The notes below the pieces were generated by a model. That model did no database searches. It saw only the letters and a list, made by a program, of their open reading frames with translations, and was not told where the DNA came from. Both the position numbers and the translations under genes were made by a program. From a virus, in the IMG/VR virus record IMGVR_UViG_3300046516_001541, positions 1 through 64,000 of that record: a DNA stretch of 64,000 nt. One strand, given 5' to 3'. How positions within the stretch are numbered: position 1 is the first letter of the stretch; the number at the start of each line of letters is the position of its first letter. This document shows positions 8,878-18,702 of the stretch, piece after piece.

Positions 8878-8892
8878 GTTTCACGTGGAACA
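8877..8892. promoter_or_regulatory. parS-like palindrome (chromosomal ParB/Spo0J type)
   Basis: AGTTTCACGTGGAACA is 15/16 identical to TGTTTCACGTGGAACA and lies at the gene end/intergenic boundary. Confidence 0.75.
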
Positions 8893-8908
8893 TGGCTATG
8901 ATGATCCC

Positions 8909-9018
8909 TCGGACCTCCAGCCCTGGCGGGTAAAAGGTTCGCGATTGATGCTCGACCTTGTTGGATCTCGGTGACACTGAAGGCCTGGGGTAGCTGTCAG
9001 CTCTCCGGGCCTTTTTCA
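8909..9018 (+). ncRNA. Candidate structured small RNA ending in an intrinsic terminator
   Basis: TATGAT -10 at 8897; nested stems TCCAGC/GTTGGA and AAGG.TCG/CGA.CCTT; terminal hairpin plus T-run. Confidence 0.4.
8980..9018 (+). terminator. Rho-independent terminator
   Basis: AAGGCCTGGGG.AGCT-gtc-AGCT.CTCCGGGCCTT followed by further Ts. Confidence 0.7.
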
Positions 9019-9049
9019 TTCCGAGGCGGTCCGGTATAGTGCCGCTCAT

Positions 9050-9190
9050 ACTAAACCACGAAGCTGTAAAAAAGGTTGTGGCGGACTGCATGATGTGGTC
9101 CGCCACAATCGCCGTACCAGACCGATGGCACGGTAGGCTGCCTCAGAATCGCCATGGAAGCCGGTATTCGTTCTGAGGCTGCGGCCAGAT
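9050..9190. ncRNA. Candidate three-hairpin ncRNA or leader
   Basis: Perfect stems TTGTGGCGGAC/GTCCGCCACAA (9076-9108) and GCCTCAGAA/TTCTGAGGC (9140-9179), with CCGTACCA/TGGCACGG between them. Confidence 0.45.
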
Positions 9191-9217
9191 GCATCATTTT
9201 CGAGTATGCTCTGGAGC

Positions 9218-9808
9218 ATGGAACCGCTAGCGGCCCAGGCCCCCACAATTCCCCACTCCTTGGCTGACGAAGGCGCCTACGCCAGTCCGCCGGCTCGGCT
9301 GCATCCCGCCGTGATCGCGCGGCGTCTATTCCTTCTGCCAGAACATGAGCATCTCGGCGTCGGTGAAGCGGCGATCGAATGGCTCCTCAAACGCGATGAG
9401 AAGATCAAAGGCGGCCGGCAGATCCTGGGCACCGCGCATATACCCCGGGTCCAGGGCGAGCTCAATCCGTGTTTCGAATGGCTGCTCGAAAGCCTCTTCG
9501 GCCACGTGCCAGACTTCCTGATCGTCCTCGATCGCAACTTCTGGTTCGGCGCGACGCCGATACAGCGGGAGATTCTGTGCTACCACGAACTCACGCATTG
9601 CATCCATAAAAAGGACGTGTTTGGGGATCCGCTGTATGACGAGAACGATCGGCCGCGCTGGGGTTTGAGGGGTCACGATGTCGAAGAATTCACGTCCGTT
9701 GTCCGGCGATATGGCGCATGGAACGCTGACTTGGAATCCTTCCTCTCGGCAGCTCAGGCGCACGCTACAGACGCACGGCTTGCGTCAATCACTGCAGATC
9801 GCGATTGA
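9218..9808 (+). CDS. Putative phage metallopeptidase (zincin-like)
   Basis: HELTH (HExxH) and GHDVEEF..VVRRYG motifs. Confidence 0.85.
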   Translation: MEPLAAQAPTIPHSLADEGAYASPPARLHPAVIARRLFLLPEHEHLGVGEAAIEWLLKRDEKIKGGRQILGTAHIPRVQGELNPCFEWLLESLFGHVPDFLIVLDRNFWFGATPIQREILCYHELTHCIHKKDVFGDPLYDENDRPRWGLRGHDVEEFTSVVRRYGAWNADLESFLSAAQAHATDARLASITADRD

Positions 9809-10523
9809 ACGGGCGCAGCGCGAGACAGAGCGACTGGAGGCACGGGAGGCCAATCCACTCACGCGATTGACGGCATCCGAATATTTCGATTTGCGCAAAC
9901 AGGTGCGCGTCGACGTCGAGTCATATCTCTTCGAGCATGGTCCGGATGACGTCACGAAAGACATGGTGGCGCGCTGGTGCGGCGAGGCGACCAAAGCCTG
10001 TCTGAAGGACATGGTGAATGGAATCGTCGCCAATGATCCGCCTTCGCCGGAAGTGCTCGAGCGGGCCCGCGCGCGGATCCAACAGAAAATGGGCGACGGT
10101 CTGCACCAGCGCGCGCAGGAAGCGCGTACCAATGGAACGCACGGCATTGCCCAGCATGTGCCCGCGGCGCCTTCACCGTATTACATCGCCAAGCACGGCG
10201 TGGCTGAGCTCGACAAGCTCGACATCTTCGTCGAGTTGAACAAGCTTTTCCACGATGCCAATTTGATGCGCTCCGCGTCGATTCGTGTCGATCCGAATGG
10301 CGTCGAAAAAGTCATGAATCCGCGCACCTTCGACAAGTCGATTTCCAGGCGCCTCGAAATCCTGGCGACCTCGCTCACGACGCAAAAAGAGCTGTGGGAC
10401 CTGCAGCGGATGGAGGCATTCTACGGCACCATCATCGAGACGATCGCCGCCGCGGCGCCGGACGTGGCCCAGGAGATTCAGCGTCGGCTGTCGGTGCTCA
10501 ACATACATGTGGGAATGACGTGA
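9780..10523 (+). CDS. Helical protein, possible terminase small subunit (start uncertain)
   Basis: Located upstream of terL; helical C-terminus. Positional inference only. Confidence 0.5.
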   Translation: MRQSLQIAIERAQRETERLEAREANPLTRLTASEYFDLRKQVRVDVESYLFEHGPDDVTKDMVARWCGEATKACLKDMVNGIVANDPPSPEVLERARARIQQKMGDGLHQRAQEARTNGTHGIAQHVPAAPSPYYIAKHGVAELDKLDIFVELNKLFHDANLMRSASIRVDPNGVEKVMNPRTFDKSISRRLEILATSLTTQKELWDLQRMEAFYGTIIETIAAAAPDVAQEIQRRLSVLNIHVGMT

Positions 10524-10690
10524 AATTCATCATTATCGGCAGCATCGTGATGTTCGCCATCGGCTACGCCTGGATGCAGACAGCGAAAAATCAGCTCAAC
10601 ATCAATATCGGATTCGCGATCATGGGAATCGGCTTTGTCGGGATTGGTCTCACGGCAGCCCTTTTTCTGCATTCCGTGGATCTTTTATAA
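10520..10690 (+). CDS. Small two-TM membrane protein (possible holin)
   Basis: GTGA overlap; two hydrophobic segments. Confidence 0.5.
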   Translation: MKFIIIGSIVMFAIGYAWMQTAKNQLNINIGFAIMGIGFVGIGLTAALFLHSVDLL

Positions 10691-10706
10691 CAATGAGGAA
10701 ATCAAC

Positions 10707-11276
10707 ATGGTCAAAGTCAAAGAATTGCCGCGATACAAATGTCACAAGGTCGTGCACGCGCTGATGATCAAGGAAGCCACAACAGTTACGCCATGCACTA
10801 TTACACCAGTGGATAACAGATATCCGCCATTCATCGTCGATCCGAAATTGTTTTCACGCTACATGCCATCGCCTGGCGACTACTACGTGGTATATGAAGA
10901 TGGGTATGCCAGCTTCAGCCCCAAAAAAGCCTTCGAGGAAGGCTATGCGCGATTCGAGCCAGCCCCGGTGACGCCGCGGCCCACGATCGCCGAACTGGAA
11001 ACCATTCTCCGAGATACCAATTCGCCGCCAGTCGAAATCACGCCGGCCGGCGAGGTCGTGAATAGCGGACTGCGCGAAAGCATTCGATTCGCGATCAACA
11101 GCACCAACGCCGAGAACGGCAGCAACACGGCGGATTACATCCTGGCCGACTATCTGGTGTCGTGCCTCGCGGCGTTTGATCGGGCTGTCGTCGCGCGAAC
11201 AAGGCATGCACTTCCCAACGCGAATCTTTCGAAGGCGTGGAACGAGGCGAATCAATCGCCAATTGACCTAAAATGA
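10707..11276 (+). CDS. Two-domain phage protein (Y-x-CHK-x-V-x-A...GY-x-SFSP-xx-AFE-x-GY plus ENGSNT-x-D-x-ILA domain)
   Basis: Both motifs are widespread in phage hypothetical proteins; GAGGA SD. Confidence 0.7.
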   Translation: MVKVKELPRYKCHKVVHALMIKEATTVTPCTITPVDNRYPPFIVDPKLFSRYMPSPGDYYVVYEDGYASFSPKKAFEEGYARFEPAPVTPRPTIAELETILRDTNSPPVEITPAGEVVNSGLRESIRFAINSTNAENGSNTADYILADYLVSCLAAFDRAVVARTRHALPNANLSKAWNEANQSPIDLK

Positions 11277-11283
11277 ACGACGC

Positions 11284-11520
11284 ATGAGAAAGCTGACGCT
11301 CTACCGTGACGATTCGACGACCCAGGTCGTGTTTGAAAACGTCAAACACTTCTTCTGGACCGCCGGCAATTCGATGCTCTCGATCGCGCAATATACGGAT
11401 CTGGAGACCGGCGAGCATCGATACATCCACTGGCCGCGCGAGCGATTCTGCTGGTTCAAGGATGAACCGCAACCGGATCCGGCGCCTGCGGCGCCGCGCA
11501 AACATGCGTCCGTCAAGTAA
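11284..11520 (+). CDS. Hypothetical protein
   Basis: 78 aa, overlaps the terL start. Confidence 0.55.
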   Translation: MRKLTLYRDDSTTQVVFENVKHFFWTAGNSMLSIAQYTDLETGEHRYIHWPRERFCWFKDEPQPDPAPAAPRKHASVK

Positions 11521-13546
11521 GCGGCGATTGCCGGATTACGAGCATGGGCTCAAAATCGCCTTGGGGCGCCTGGAGTCGCGGACCGGCTTCAAGGTCGCGG
11601 CCAAGTCGGTCATTCCGGATGAGATGACGTTCCGCCAATGGTGCGAGCAGCTCGGCGCCGAGGGCATGAAGGTCGACGGCTTCCCATTCAAGTTGTCCGA
11701 TCGGCCGGCGATGCAATGGGTATACGACCAGATCCCGACCACGATCGAGGAAGCCTTCAAGCGCATGCTCGTGATCATGAAGTGTGCCCAGGTCGGGTTC
11801 ACTGTCATGGAAATGCTGGCGGCGATTTACTGCGCGCTCAAGTTTGATCCTTGCAAGGTCGGGCTCTACCTGCCGGATATGAAGTTGGCGTCCGCAAAAT
11901 CCACGGAACGCTTTCTTCCGATCATCCGCAGCATGCCGGTCGCCTATGAGCGGCTGAAGGCCTCGCGCGTTGAGCCGGATGGCACCGAGACGCGCAAGCG
12001 TGGCGAAGGCAATGTCATGATCCGCAGCATGGGGGATAGCCGGTTCCATTTCCTGTGGACGTCTGGCGTGGCGATGACCGAGTCATTCCCGATGGACGTG
12101 GTGACGTTCGATGAAGTGCAGGAAATGGCGCCTGGCGACATCGAGAAGACGCAGGAGCGCCTATCAGCTAGCCGCATGCGCTACACACTGATGGGCTCAA
12201 CCGCGAACTGGCCCGATGCTGATATTCACTTCTGGTATCAGCGCGGGACTCAGCACCAGTTCCATACTGAGTGTCCGACATGCCGCAAGAGCGTGGTACT
12301 CGATGAATACTTTCCGGATTGCATCGGCTACGACGGAACCCTGCAAGAATACCGGTATGTCTGCCAGCACTGCCGCGGGTGGATCGACGATTCCCAACGC
12401 GGCGAATGGCGCGCAAAGAATCCTGACGCACGCTTCGTGAGCCTGCATTTCCCGCAATTCCTCTCCCCGACCATCTCCGCGCGCGACATCATCGAGTCAT
12501 ACAACACCGCGGAGGACATGAAGAATTTCTACAACCGCAAGCTCGGCAAACCGTATACCGATCCCAGTCAGGTCCCGGTCAATCTGGAGATGCTGAACGA
12601 CTGCGCGGCTCGAGGCATGGCCGCCGGCCTGAAATGGAAACAGCGCGCGACGGGCACGTTCATGGGGGTCGACCAGATGGGCGCCTTCAACGTGATCATC
12701 CTCAAAGAGCGCATGCCGGACGGTCATCAGGCGGTCATTCACCTCGAGTACGTATACGACTCGGATCCGTTCCAGCGCACGACTCAGCTGATGGAGCTCT
12801 ATGGCGTCCTTTGTTGCGTCGTCGAGACGCTGCCGAACTACAACGACGCGAAGCGCTTTGCTCAGCGCCACCGCGGCAAAGTGTTTCTAGCGCATTACGG
12901 CGACATAGAAGACGAGATGATGCGCTGGGGCGACATGCCCCGCCTGGGTACGTCCGAGCGGCGGACCAGCGAGGAGGAGCGCGATCGCTATACGGTGAAA
13001 CTGGATCAGTACAAGTGCATGCAGGTCAGCATGGCGCGCTTCCAAAAGGGGCTCTGCCTGTTCCCGGATCCGGCCGGCATCGTGCAGGAGATCATCGATA
13101 AGGGACAGAAAAGGATGTCCCAGGTCTGCAAGGAAATCGCGTTCCTGCACTTCACGAAAACAGCGCTGATCACCGAGAAGGATGACGAGCAGAAGAAATA
13201 CCGGCGCAAGGTCGTCAAGGTCGGTATCGACCCTCACACCAGCTACGCGAACATGCTCTGTGACGTCGCGTGGGCCCGTGCATATGGGACTGGTCAGTTC
13301 ATCCTACCCACAGGCGCTGCCGAATCGAATAAGACGCAGGCGATCGTACAGAAGACGATGCCAGGCCTGCCCAAGCAGGTTGTCGAGATGATTCAGGAGA
13401 CACCGGCCGGCGAGGTCTGCGGCAACTGCACGGCGTTCAATAAGAAGACGGGCCAATGCGCCGAGCGGCAGCTCATTGTGATGGCCCGGGATCCGGGCTG
13501 CATGTTTTTTGTTCAAGCGACCACGCCGCTGCCGCCAGCTCGATAG
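11504..13546 (+). CDS. Terminase large subunit, lambda gpA family
   Basis: Walker A-like KCAQVGFT, Walker B VVTFDEV, CPTC/CQHC Zn ribbon, F.N..LG.PY and nuclease MGVDQ. Confidence 0.9.
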   Translation: MRPSSKRRLPDYEHGLKIALGRLESRTGFKVAAKSVIPDEMTFRQWCEQLGAEGMKVDGFPFKLSDRPAMQWVYDQIPTTIEEAFKRMLVIMKCAQVGFTVMEMLAAIYCALKFDPCKVGLYLPDMKLASAKSTERFLPIIRSMPVAYERLKASRVEPDGTETRKRGEGNVMIRSMGDSRFHFLWTSGVAMTESFPMDVVTFDEVQEMAPGDIEKTQERLSASRMRYTLMGSTANWPDADIHFWYQRGTQHQFHTECPTCRKSVVLDEYFPDCIGYDGTLQEYRYVCQHCRGWIDDSQRGEWRAKNPDARFVSLHFPQFLSPTISARDIIESYNTAEDMKNFYNRKLGKPYTDPSQVPVNLEMLNDCAARGMAAGLKWKQRATGTFMGVDQMGAFNVIILKERMPDGHQAVIHLEYVYDSDPFQRTTQLMELYGVLCCVVETLPNYNDAKRFAQRHRGKVFLAHYGDIEDEMMRWGDMPRLGTSERRTSEEERDRYTVKLDQYKCMQVSMARFQKGLCLFPDPAGIVQEIIDKGQKRMSQVCKEIAFLHFTKTALITEKDDEQKKYRRKVVKVGIDPHTSYANMLCDVAWARAYGTGQFILPTGAAESNKTQAIVQKTMPGLPKQVVEMIQETPAGEVCGNCTAFNKKTGQCAERQLIVMARDPGCMFFVQATTPLPPAR

Positions 13547-14229
13547 CTGTCAAAGGGGGCTTGCCTTCTTTGCAGAACGAACAGCCTGCATGCGCCGCGA
13601 ATAAACGGCCATGGGCGAAACATTGCCATATTGCCCAATTCTTCGGTTCCGTCGTCTGATCCGCTGCGCGCCTCTCCTGCAACTCGATCAGTGCTAACCG
13701 CACTTCGGCGATGCGTTTGCATGGTCTCGCTTTCGGCGAGAGTGATATCGTATAAAAATCCAACAAGCCGCCAATGCGTTCGTCGGTAATGCGTTCGCTC
13801 GGAAGTTGGTCATCACTCATGATTGCATCCGTCTCGCGATTACAAGCCGTTTGGCCGCCAGATATTGGTCAAGCAACCGTCGATAGTGGATCAGCCCGCG
13901 CGCATATCCCCATTTGCGTTTGCAACCGAGGATGTGTCCGCGGTACCGGCGCATGACCCAATCTGGCGAGGGGTGAGGATGTGTGTAGGGAATCACCTCA
14001 CATATCCAGCGGCTCGACGAGCCGCATCCTCATGGCGAGCCCTGAACTGTTCATACTGCTGGGGATTACAGTATCTGCATGGCCACATTTCCTTATGCAT
14101 GTGCAGTTTGGCGTTTGGCAAGTGTTCAGCCAATACGGCGATTTCCTGTAGGGTGCTGTCCAGTATAACCACGGATTCCAGTCCCCTCACGCAGTGCTGA
14201 TTACCGCACTTCATACCTCTCCCCCGTTC

Positions 14230-14658
14230 TCAGGTAGTCGCCGCAATCGCGCAGCGCTCCGGCGAGCAGTTGCGGATGCAGGGAGTTTTGGTCACGGGAC
14301 ACGCGAAAGCGTGCAGAGCGCCGCACGTGCGCGGATCGTGAGCCTCGTTGTGATCGATGCAGTAGTGGGATTCGGAGGCTTTCTGAGCGCACGCGATAAA
14401 CACCGGTTCCCAAAAGCCATAACGGACGAGGTCGGGCTTCACGGTAGTAAAACGCCACTCGCCGAAACTGTTCTGACATCGCCACGCAACTGGCTGTTGT
14501 TCGCTCGTCTCGAGAGCGTTGGCTTCGAGCGCAGCGGCGTACCCATTCAGCCAGGCAGCATCAGAGCCGTTGGCTGGCTCACGATTGAACCTCGCTACGA
14601 ATGCATTGCCAGCCTGCACGGCGTTGCTCTGTTTTGAGGTGCGAGCAACTTCATTCAT
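14230..14658 (-). CDS. Mosaic hypothetical protein (QPVAW motif)
   Basis: Start inferred at MNEVART; Cys-rich C-terminus. Confidence 0.5.
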   Translation of the reverse strand: MNEVARTSKQSNAVQAGNAFVARFNREPANGSDAAWLNGYAAALEANALETSEQQPVAWRCQNSFGEWRFTTVKPDLVRYGFWEPVFIACAQKASESHYCIDHNEAHDPRTCGALHAFACPVTKTPCIRNCSPERCAIAATT

Positions 14659-15017
14659 GGCGTCGGCTCCGGACAGGTGCAAGGTTGATTCCGATATCCT
14701 TGGCCTGACTCTGGATGACGCAGGCATGTCGAGCGTTTTACTGGACTCAGCGTTGAGTCGAAGCGGGCATTCTTCAGGTAGTTCCACGGCAATGCGTTGT
14801 TGATATGCGACCATCGATGCGTGAATTCGCCATTGCTCATCTGAATCAGGAAGTGCTCCACGTTGTCATAGCGCACGCCTAGCGAGCGCCAGGCCATCGG
14901 GACGGCTTTGGAGGGATCGCCTTCGCATGGTCCAGGCGGTACATCGTCGTGAGGTATCGCGCAGTGTACGCAGGGGTCACCGTAATGGTGAAGCTCATCC
15001 GATGTGAGCGTGCTCAT
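14655..15017 (-). CDS. Hypothetical protein
   Basis: CVHC...PGPC motif; ATGA coupling. Confidence 0.5.
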   Translation of the reverse strand: MSTLTSDELHHYGDPCVHCAIPHDDVPPGPCEGDPSKAVPMAWRSLGVRYDNVEHFLIQMSNGEFTHRWSHINNALPWNYLKNARFDSTLSPVKRSTCLRHPESGQGYRNQPCTCPEPTP

Positions 15018-15242
15018 GGCTTGTTCATCCTGATTTTGATGATCACTTCCTCGCCCGCGGTCATCTGGTCCCACTTGAGCTCACATACCTGTAGGAGCAT
15101 TTCGAGAGCGTGAGCGTCATCGTCGGTCACGAAGACGTCGAAGTCTTTCATCGGGGAAGGCTCTATTTCCCACTTGTGAGTACCGGGCGCGTGGTCGCAG
15201 CCCTCGGTACAGTCCATCTCATCTTCGGGGGTGAGTGTTCGG

Positions 15243-15656
15243 TCAGTCATAATCGTCGCCCCAGTCGTTGTCGTAGCGGGCTAATTCCTCGCTAGCTTCG
15301 TCGTTCCGTCGTTTGATACACCCGCCACAGACCCGATAGACTGGGCCGCCCATGCCTTCGTCGTAGTCGCGAGCGTCGCGCAAATCGGTCGCTTCCCGTT
15401 CGCACCAATCGCAAACACCCGTCCGAGCTTCAGGGCTGCGCCGGTACTCCCGAAGTTTGTCCAAGCATTCCTGGCAGTAGTCACCAAACTCACAGCCGAA
15501 GGAGTCAGTTTCGCCCTGAATGCGTGCCACGGCCTTTCGGTTGGGGTGGTCATCGCACCTCGCACCTTCCGGTAATGTGTGGCTACTGTAGGGCAGCGTT
15601 CCGACTGGGCCCCGTGAGATGTCAGCCACGGTTGTTCTCATCTGCAGTGCGAGCAA
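15243..15656 (-). CDS. Zn-finger phage protein
   Basis: CDDH, GETDSFG, CQEC, CDWC and VCGGC motifs. Confidence 0.7.
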   Translation of the reverse strand: MLALQMRTTVADISRGPVGTLPYSSHTLPEGARCDDHPNRKAVARIQGETDSFGCEFGDYCQECLDKLREYRRSPEARTGVCDWCEREATDLRDARDYDEGMGGPVYRVCGGCIKRRNDEASEELARYDNDWGDDYD

Positions 15657-15662
15657 CGTCGT

Positions 15663-16556
15663 TCATGGCGACTCCCTCGGCACTCCCAGATTGACCACTC
15701 GCACAACCTGACCATTCGGACTGTGCAGTTCAATTTGATCCGGTGGACTTGTCGGATCTTCTACGATCAGGATCGGAATACCGAGAAGTTGCTCTGCGGT
15801 TTTCCGATATGGTTGTTCGTGCTCGACACCTCCCAGCGCTTCGGAGATGGGGCCAGGGCGAAGATTCTCGGCGAGGTTGCGCAGCGCCTCATTCTCGGCG
15901 GCCATCACTCCTATAGTTCGAAGTGCGTCCGTGCAAGCGCGCGCAGTCTCCAATCGAGCCTCACGGAGCTCGTCGCGCAACTTTGCAATCTCTGCCTTTC
16001 GCAACTCGATCTTGCCAATCGCCTCTTTCAGAGCGGGCGCGAGATCAGTATGGAATGGTTGCTTTGAGGCTGAGGCGCGCACGCGCAATTGCTCAATCTC
16101 GTCTGGGCTGAAGCATCGCAGCTCCTGGGGCCGTGAAGACTCGTTCCTAACCGAATCCTCACCTACGGTTGTGGCCCCAGGAGTTGCAACCTGTTCGGCG
16201 TCGATTTCTTCGACCTGACCGCCGCAATGACCGCAGTAGTCCAGTAGTTCCAAACCGCTCGACAAATAGAATTCATGGCCGCAATCACTCAGCCACAATG
16301 AACCGCCGAGCTCGGCCTGAGTGTAACGGCAGATTTTCGCTTGCACGACAGCGGATTCCGGCTTCTCGAAGATCGAGCCAGCCAACTGAATCGAATGCGG
16401 CAACATCACGGGAATGATCCCCGTCGGCGCCAGATAGTCGCGCAGCGCCATCATCAGCGATCGATGCTCGTTATCATCGGAAGTCACATTGAAAAACACG
16501 ACATCGCCAGGCTTCGCGGCGCGCAGAACGGTGATCTTCAGGTCGTCGGCGGTCAT
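15663..16556 (-). CDS. Multi-domain hypothetical protein (Zn ribbon plus coiled coil)
   Basis: 297 aa; CGH...YCGHCG. Confidence 0.65.
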   Translation of the reverse strand: MTADDLKITVLRAAKPGDVVFFNVTSDDNEHRSLMMALRDYLAPTGIIPVMLPHSIQLAGSIFEKPESAVVQAKICRYTQAELGGSLWLSDCGHEFYLSSGLELLDYCGHCGGQVEEIDAEQVATPGATTVGEDSVRNESSRPQELRCFSPDEIEQLRVRASASKQPFHTDLAPALKEAIGKIELRKAEIAKLRDELREARLETARACTDALRTIGVMAAENEALRNLAENLRPGPISEALGGVEHEQPYRKTAEQLLGIPILIVEDPTSPPDQIELHSPNGQVVRVVNLGVPRESP

Positions 16557-16801
16557 TGCACGACCGCTTCTAAAGCGTAGCGCGTGATGGCGTAGGGCCC
16601 GCGGCAGCCGACTCCAGGCTGACCAAAGATCGCATTGCCTTTGGTCAGTTGCTGAAATGATTGCCGCATGACCTGAGTCAGCGCGTTATGGAATTCCAAC
16701 GCGCCGGTCTCAATCTCTCCGGTCGTGGTCCATGTCTGACCTTCCGCGCCATCGCCGATCATCCGGGCGGCGGTGCCTTCGACTGTCCATTTGTATTTCA
16801 T
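16553..16801 (-). CDS. Hypothetical protein
   Basis: Start inferred at MKYKWTV. Confidence 0.5.
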   Translation of the reverse strand: MKYKWTVEGTAARMIGDGAEGQTWTTTGEIETGALEFHNALTQVMRQSFQQLTKGNAIFGQPGVGCRGPYAITRYALEAVVQ

Positions 16802-16942
16802 ATCAGCCCCGATCTTGATTGATGTTGTTTCCCCAGATGGCCAGAAACACGCCAAGCGACGCGATCCAACCGCCTTTCCAGGCCACAAGCGCGATGCCCG
16901 CGAGACCAATGGCCAATCCGCCGAATGCTTTGAACCAGCGCA

Positions 16943-17410
16943 TCAAAACGGGATATCTTCATCGAAGTCATCGCCATGGCCGCCACCAGATTGGTGCGAT
17001 GGCTGAGTCCGCTGCTGCTGGCGTGGCGCTCCGCCGGCCGAGGTGCCCTGTCCGGCATCTCCTTCCCTCGGCTTGCTACCGAGCATCTGCATGTTGGAAC
17101 AGATGATTTCCGTCTTGTAGCGATCTTTCCCGGTGTCTTTATCCTGCCACTTGCGCGTGGAGAGTTTGCCTTCGATGAATACCTGCGATCCTTTCTTGAG
17201 GTATTCGCCGCAGATTTTGGCGAGAGGACCGAATGCAGAGATGCTGTGCCATTCAGTCTTTTCCACCTTGTCGCCTGTTTCTTTGTTCTTCCATGATTCG
17301 CCGGTCGCGATGCTGAAGTTGCAGACCGTCTCGCCGCTGGGGAGCGCGCGGGACTCCGGATCGCGGCCTAGGCGACCGATCAGCATGACTCGGTTGAGAT
17401 CGTTGGCCAT
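16943..17410 (-). CDS. ssb: Single-stranded DNA-binding protein
   Basis: [37 protein letters not shown] and C-terminal DEDIPF. Confidence 0.97.
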   Translation of the reverse strand: MANDLNRVMLIGRLGRDPESRALPSGETVCNFSIATGESWKNKETGDKVEKTEWHSISAFGPLAKICGEYLKKGSQVFIEGKLSTRKWQDKDTGKDRYKTEIICSNMQMLGSKPREGDAGQGTSAGGAPRQQQRTQPSHQSGGGHGDDFDEDIPF

Positions 17411-17895
17411 TATTTCCCGTTCTCTTTCAGAAGTTGTGCCAATTGCTGCGGGTCAAACAGTCGATCGAACTGCTTTTTATCGCCGAATACGCTCGCGCAC
17501 GTCATCTTTTCATGTGTGCCGAGCATTACCCGGCCTTTCTCGTCCACGATTTCGCCCCTGCTCGGAAAGGTCTGCAGGTTCTCTTGGCAATCGGCCAGAG
17601 AAGTATAAAGCAACACGCCTGATGGCGGCGGAAAATTGTCGGGACATAGCCCGCTGCAATATGCAATCTGAACGTAGATCAGGCTATCTGCCGTTCTGTT
17701 TGGTTCGGTCAGAGTTATGCCATTTTTCAGGGCTGACGGTGCAGCGAGTTCCAATTTATTGGTAGCCGGAAGGTAAGGGCGAGTACCCCAGGATTTACTA
17801 TCACTAGGTCCCACAACCTGCTTGGATGGAACATAGTGAATGATCAGTATTGTCCCAACAACGCCAATTACAAACATTACAATTAGAAAGCGCAT
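17410..17895 (-). CDS. Membrane-anchored/secreted Cys-paired protein (paralog of 17909-18130)
   Basis: N-terminal TM; YCSGLCP...PPPS...TS.A.C...K.TC. Confidence 0.65.
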   Translation of the reverse strand: MRFLIVMFVIGVVGTILIIHYVPSKQVVGPSDSKSWGTRPYLPATNKLELAAPSALKNGITLTEPNRTADSLIYVQIAYCSGLCPDNFPPPSGVLLYTSLADCQENLQTFPSRGEIVDEKGRVMLGTHEKMTCASVFGDKKQFDRLFDPQQLAQLLKENGK

Positions 17896-17908
17896 GGCGA
17901 CCTCTATT

Positions 17909-18130
17909 TTACGGCGTTGCCGGATGACTAAGTAACTTGTCGGCCGGGGCCACCGCAGAGCATGTTTGCTTCATTTTGATATTTGGAACATTTGGCAGGG
18001 GGTTCGAGGCAGCGTTCCCCTGGAGTTTCGCGGCGTCGCAAGCAGCCTGCGAAGTGAAAAGGAATACGCTGGGCGGCGGCAAAGTAGGCACGCACAGTCC
18101 GGTACAGTACATAATCAGGACGTAGAGCAT
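17909..18130 (-). CDS. Small Cys-paired protein (paralog of 17410-17895)
   Basis: MLYVLIMYCTGLCV...PPPS...TSQAAC...KQTC; GAGG SD. Confidence 0.6.
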   Translation of the reverse strand: MLYVLIMYCTGLCVPTLPPPSVFLFTSQAACDAAKLQGNAASNPLPNVPNIKMKQTCSAVAPADKLLSHPATP

Positions 18131-18702
18131 GATGACCTCGATTCTTTGATCTTGTTTGCGAACGTATTCCAGGCGTCCGTATCTTGCCGCGCGACGAATA
18201 CGACTTGGTCGCCGATCGTCCAATCGACCTGATTCAGACCGCCAGGGAAGGTAAACGAGACGCGCGCCGGATGGCGATATCCATTGGTGGACATGATCTT
18301 GATCCCGGGCCACCGATGATATGCGAGCGTCGCAGCCATTTCTCCGCGGCACAGCTCATAAAGTCGATCGGTCCGGAATTCTTCCTGACAGCGCGGCGAG
18401 CAGAACACGTGAGCGCCGGCATAGACCGGGTCTAAAACGATCGGCTCGCCGTCACTATCCTCGGGATCCCGGCAAATTCGTTGCTGGCACTGCATGCACT
18501 GAAACCACCATCCGTGCTCGACGAGCACTGGATCCGGAACCTGGGGCGCGTATTCATCAAAAGCCGGATACCGGTTGCATTCGACATCGCTGAATTCCGC
18601 ATTGAGCTCGTTGGCACCGTTGCGGCGCGCGACCACATTGTGCAGGGCGAATTCGACGCAACAGCCGTCTCCGTGGACCTCGCGCACGATGTAGGCTTTC
18701 AC
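18115..18702 (-). CDS. Conserved-type phage hypothetical protein
   Basis: KAY.V...ARR.GA.EL...GWWF.C..C...FCS..C; GTG start inferred. Confidence 0.65.
   Translation of the reverse strand: MKAYIVREVHGDGCCVEFALHNVVARRNGANELNAEFSDVECNRYPAFDEYAPQVPDPVLVEHGWWFQCMQCQQRICRDPEDSDGEPIVLDPVYAGAHVFCSPRCQEEFRTDRLYELCRGEMAATLAYHRWPGIKIMSTNGYRHPARVSFTFPGGLNQVDWTIGDQVVFVARQDTDAWNTFANKIKESRSSCSTS

Noticed and set aside
8893-9200. tRNA or known riboswitch
   Set aside because: No cloverleaf with a T-arm/CCA end and no riboswitch consensus that I recognise; kept only as unclassified ncRNA candidates.
11306-11503. Upstream start of the terminase ORF
   Set aside because: It overlaps ORF 11284-11520 with Arg/Ser-rich shadow sequence; ATG 11504 is more plausible.
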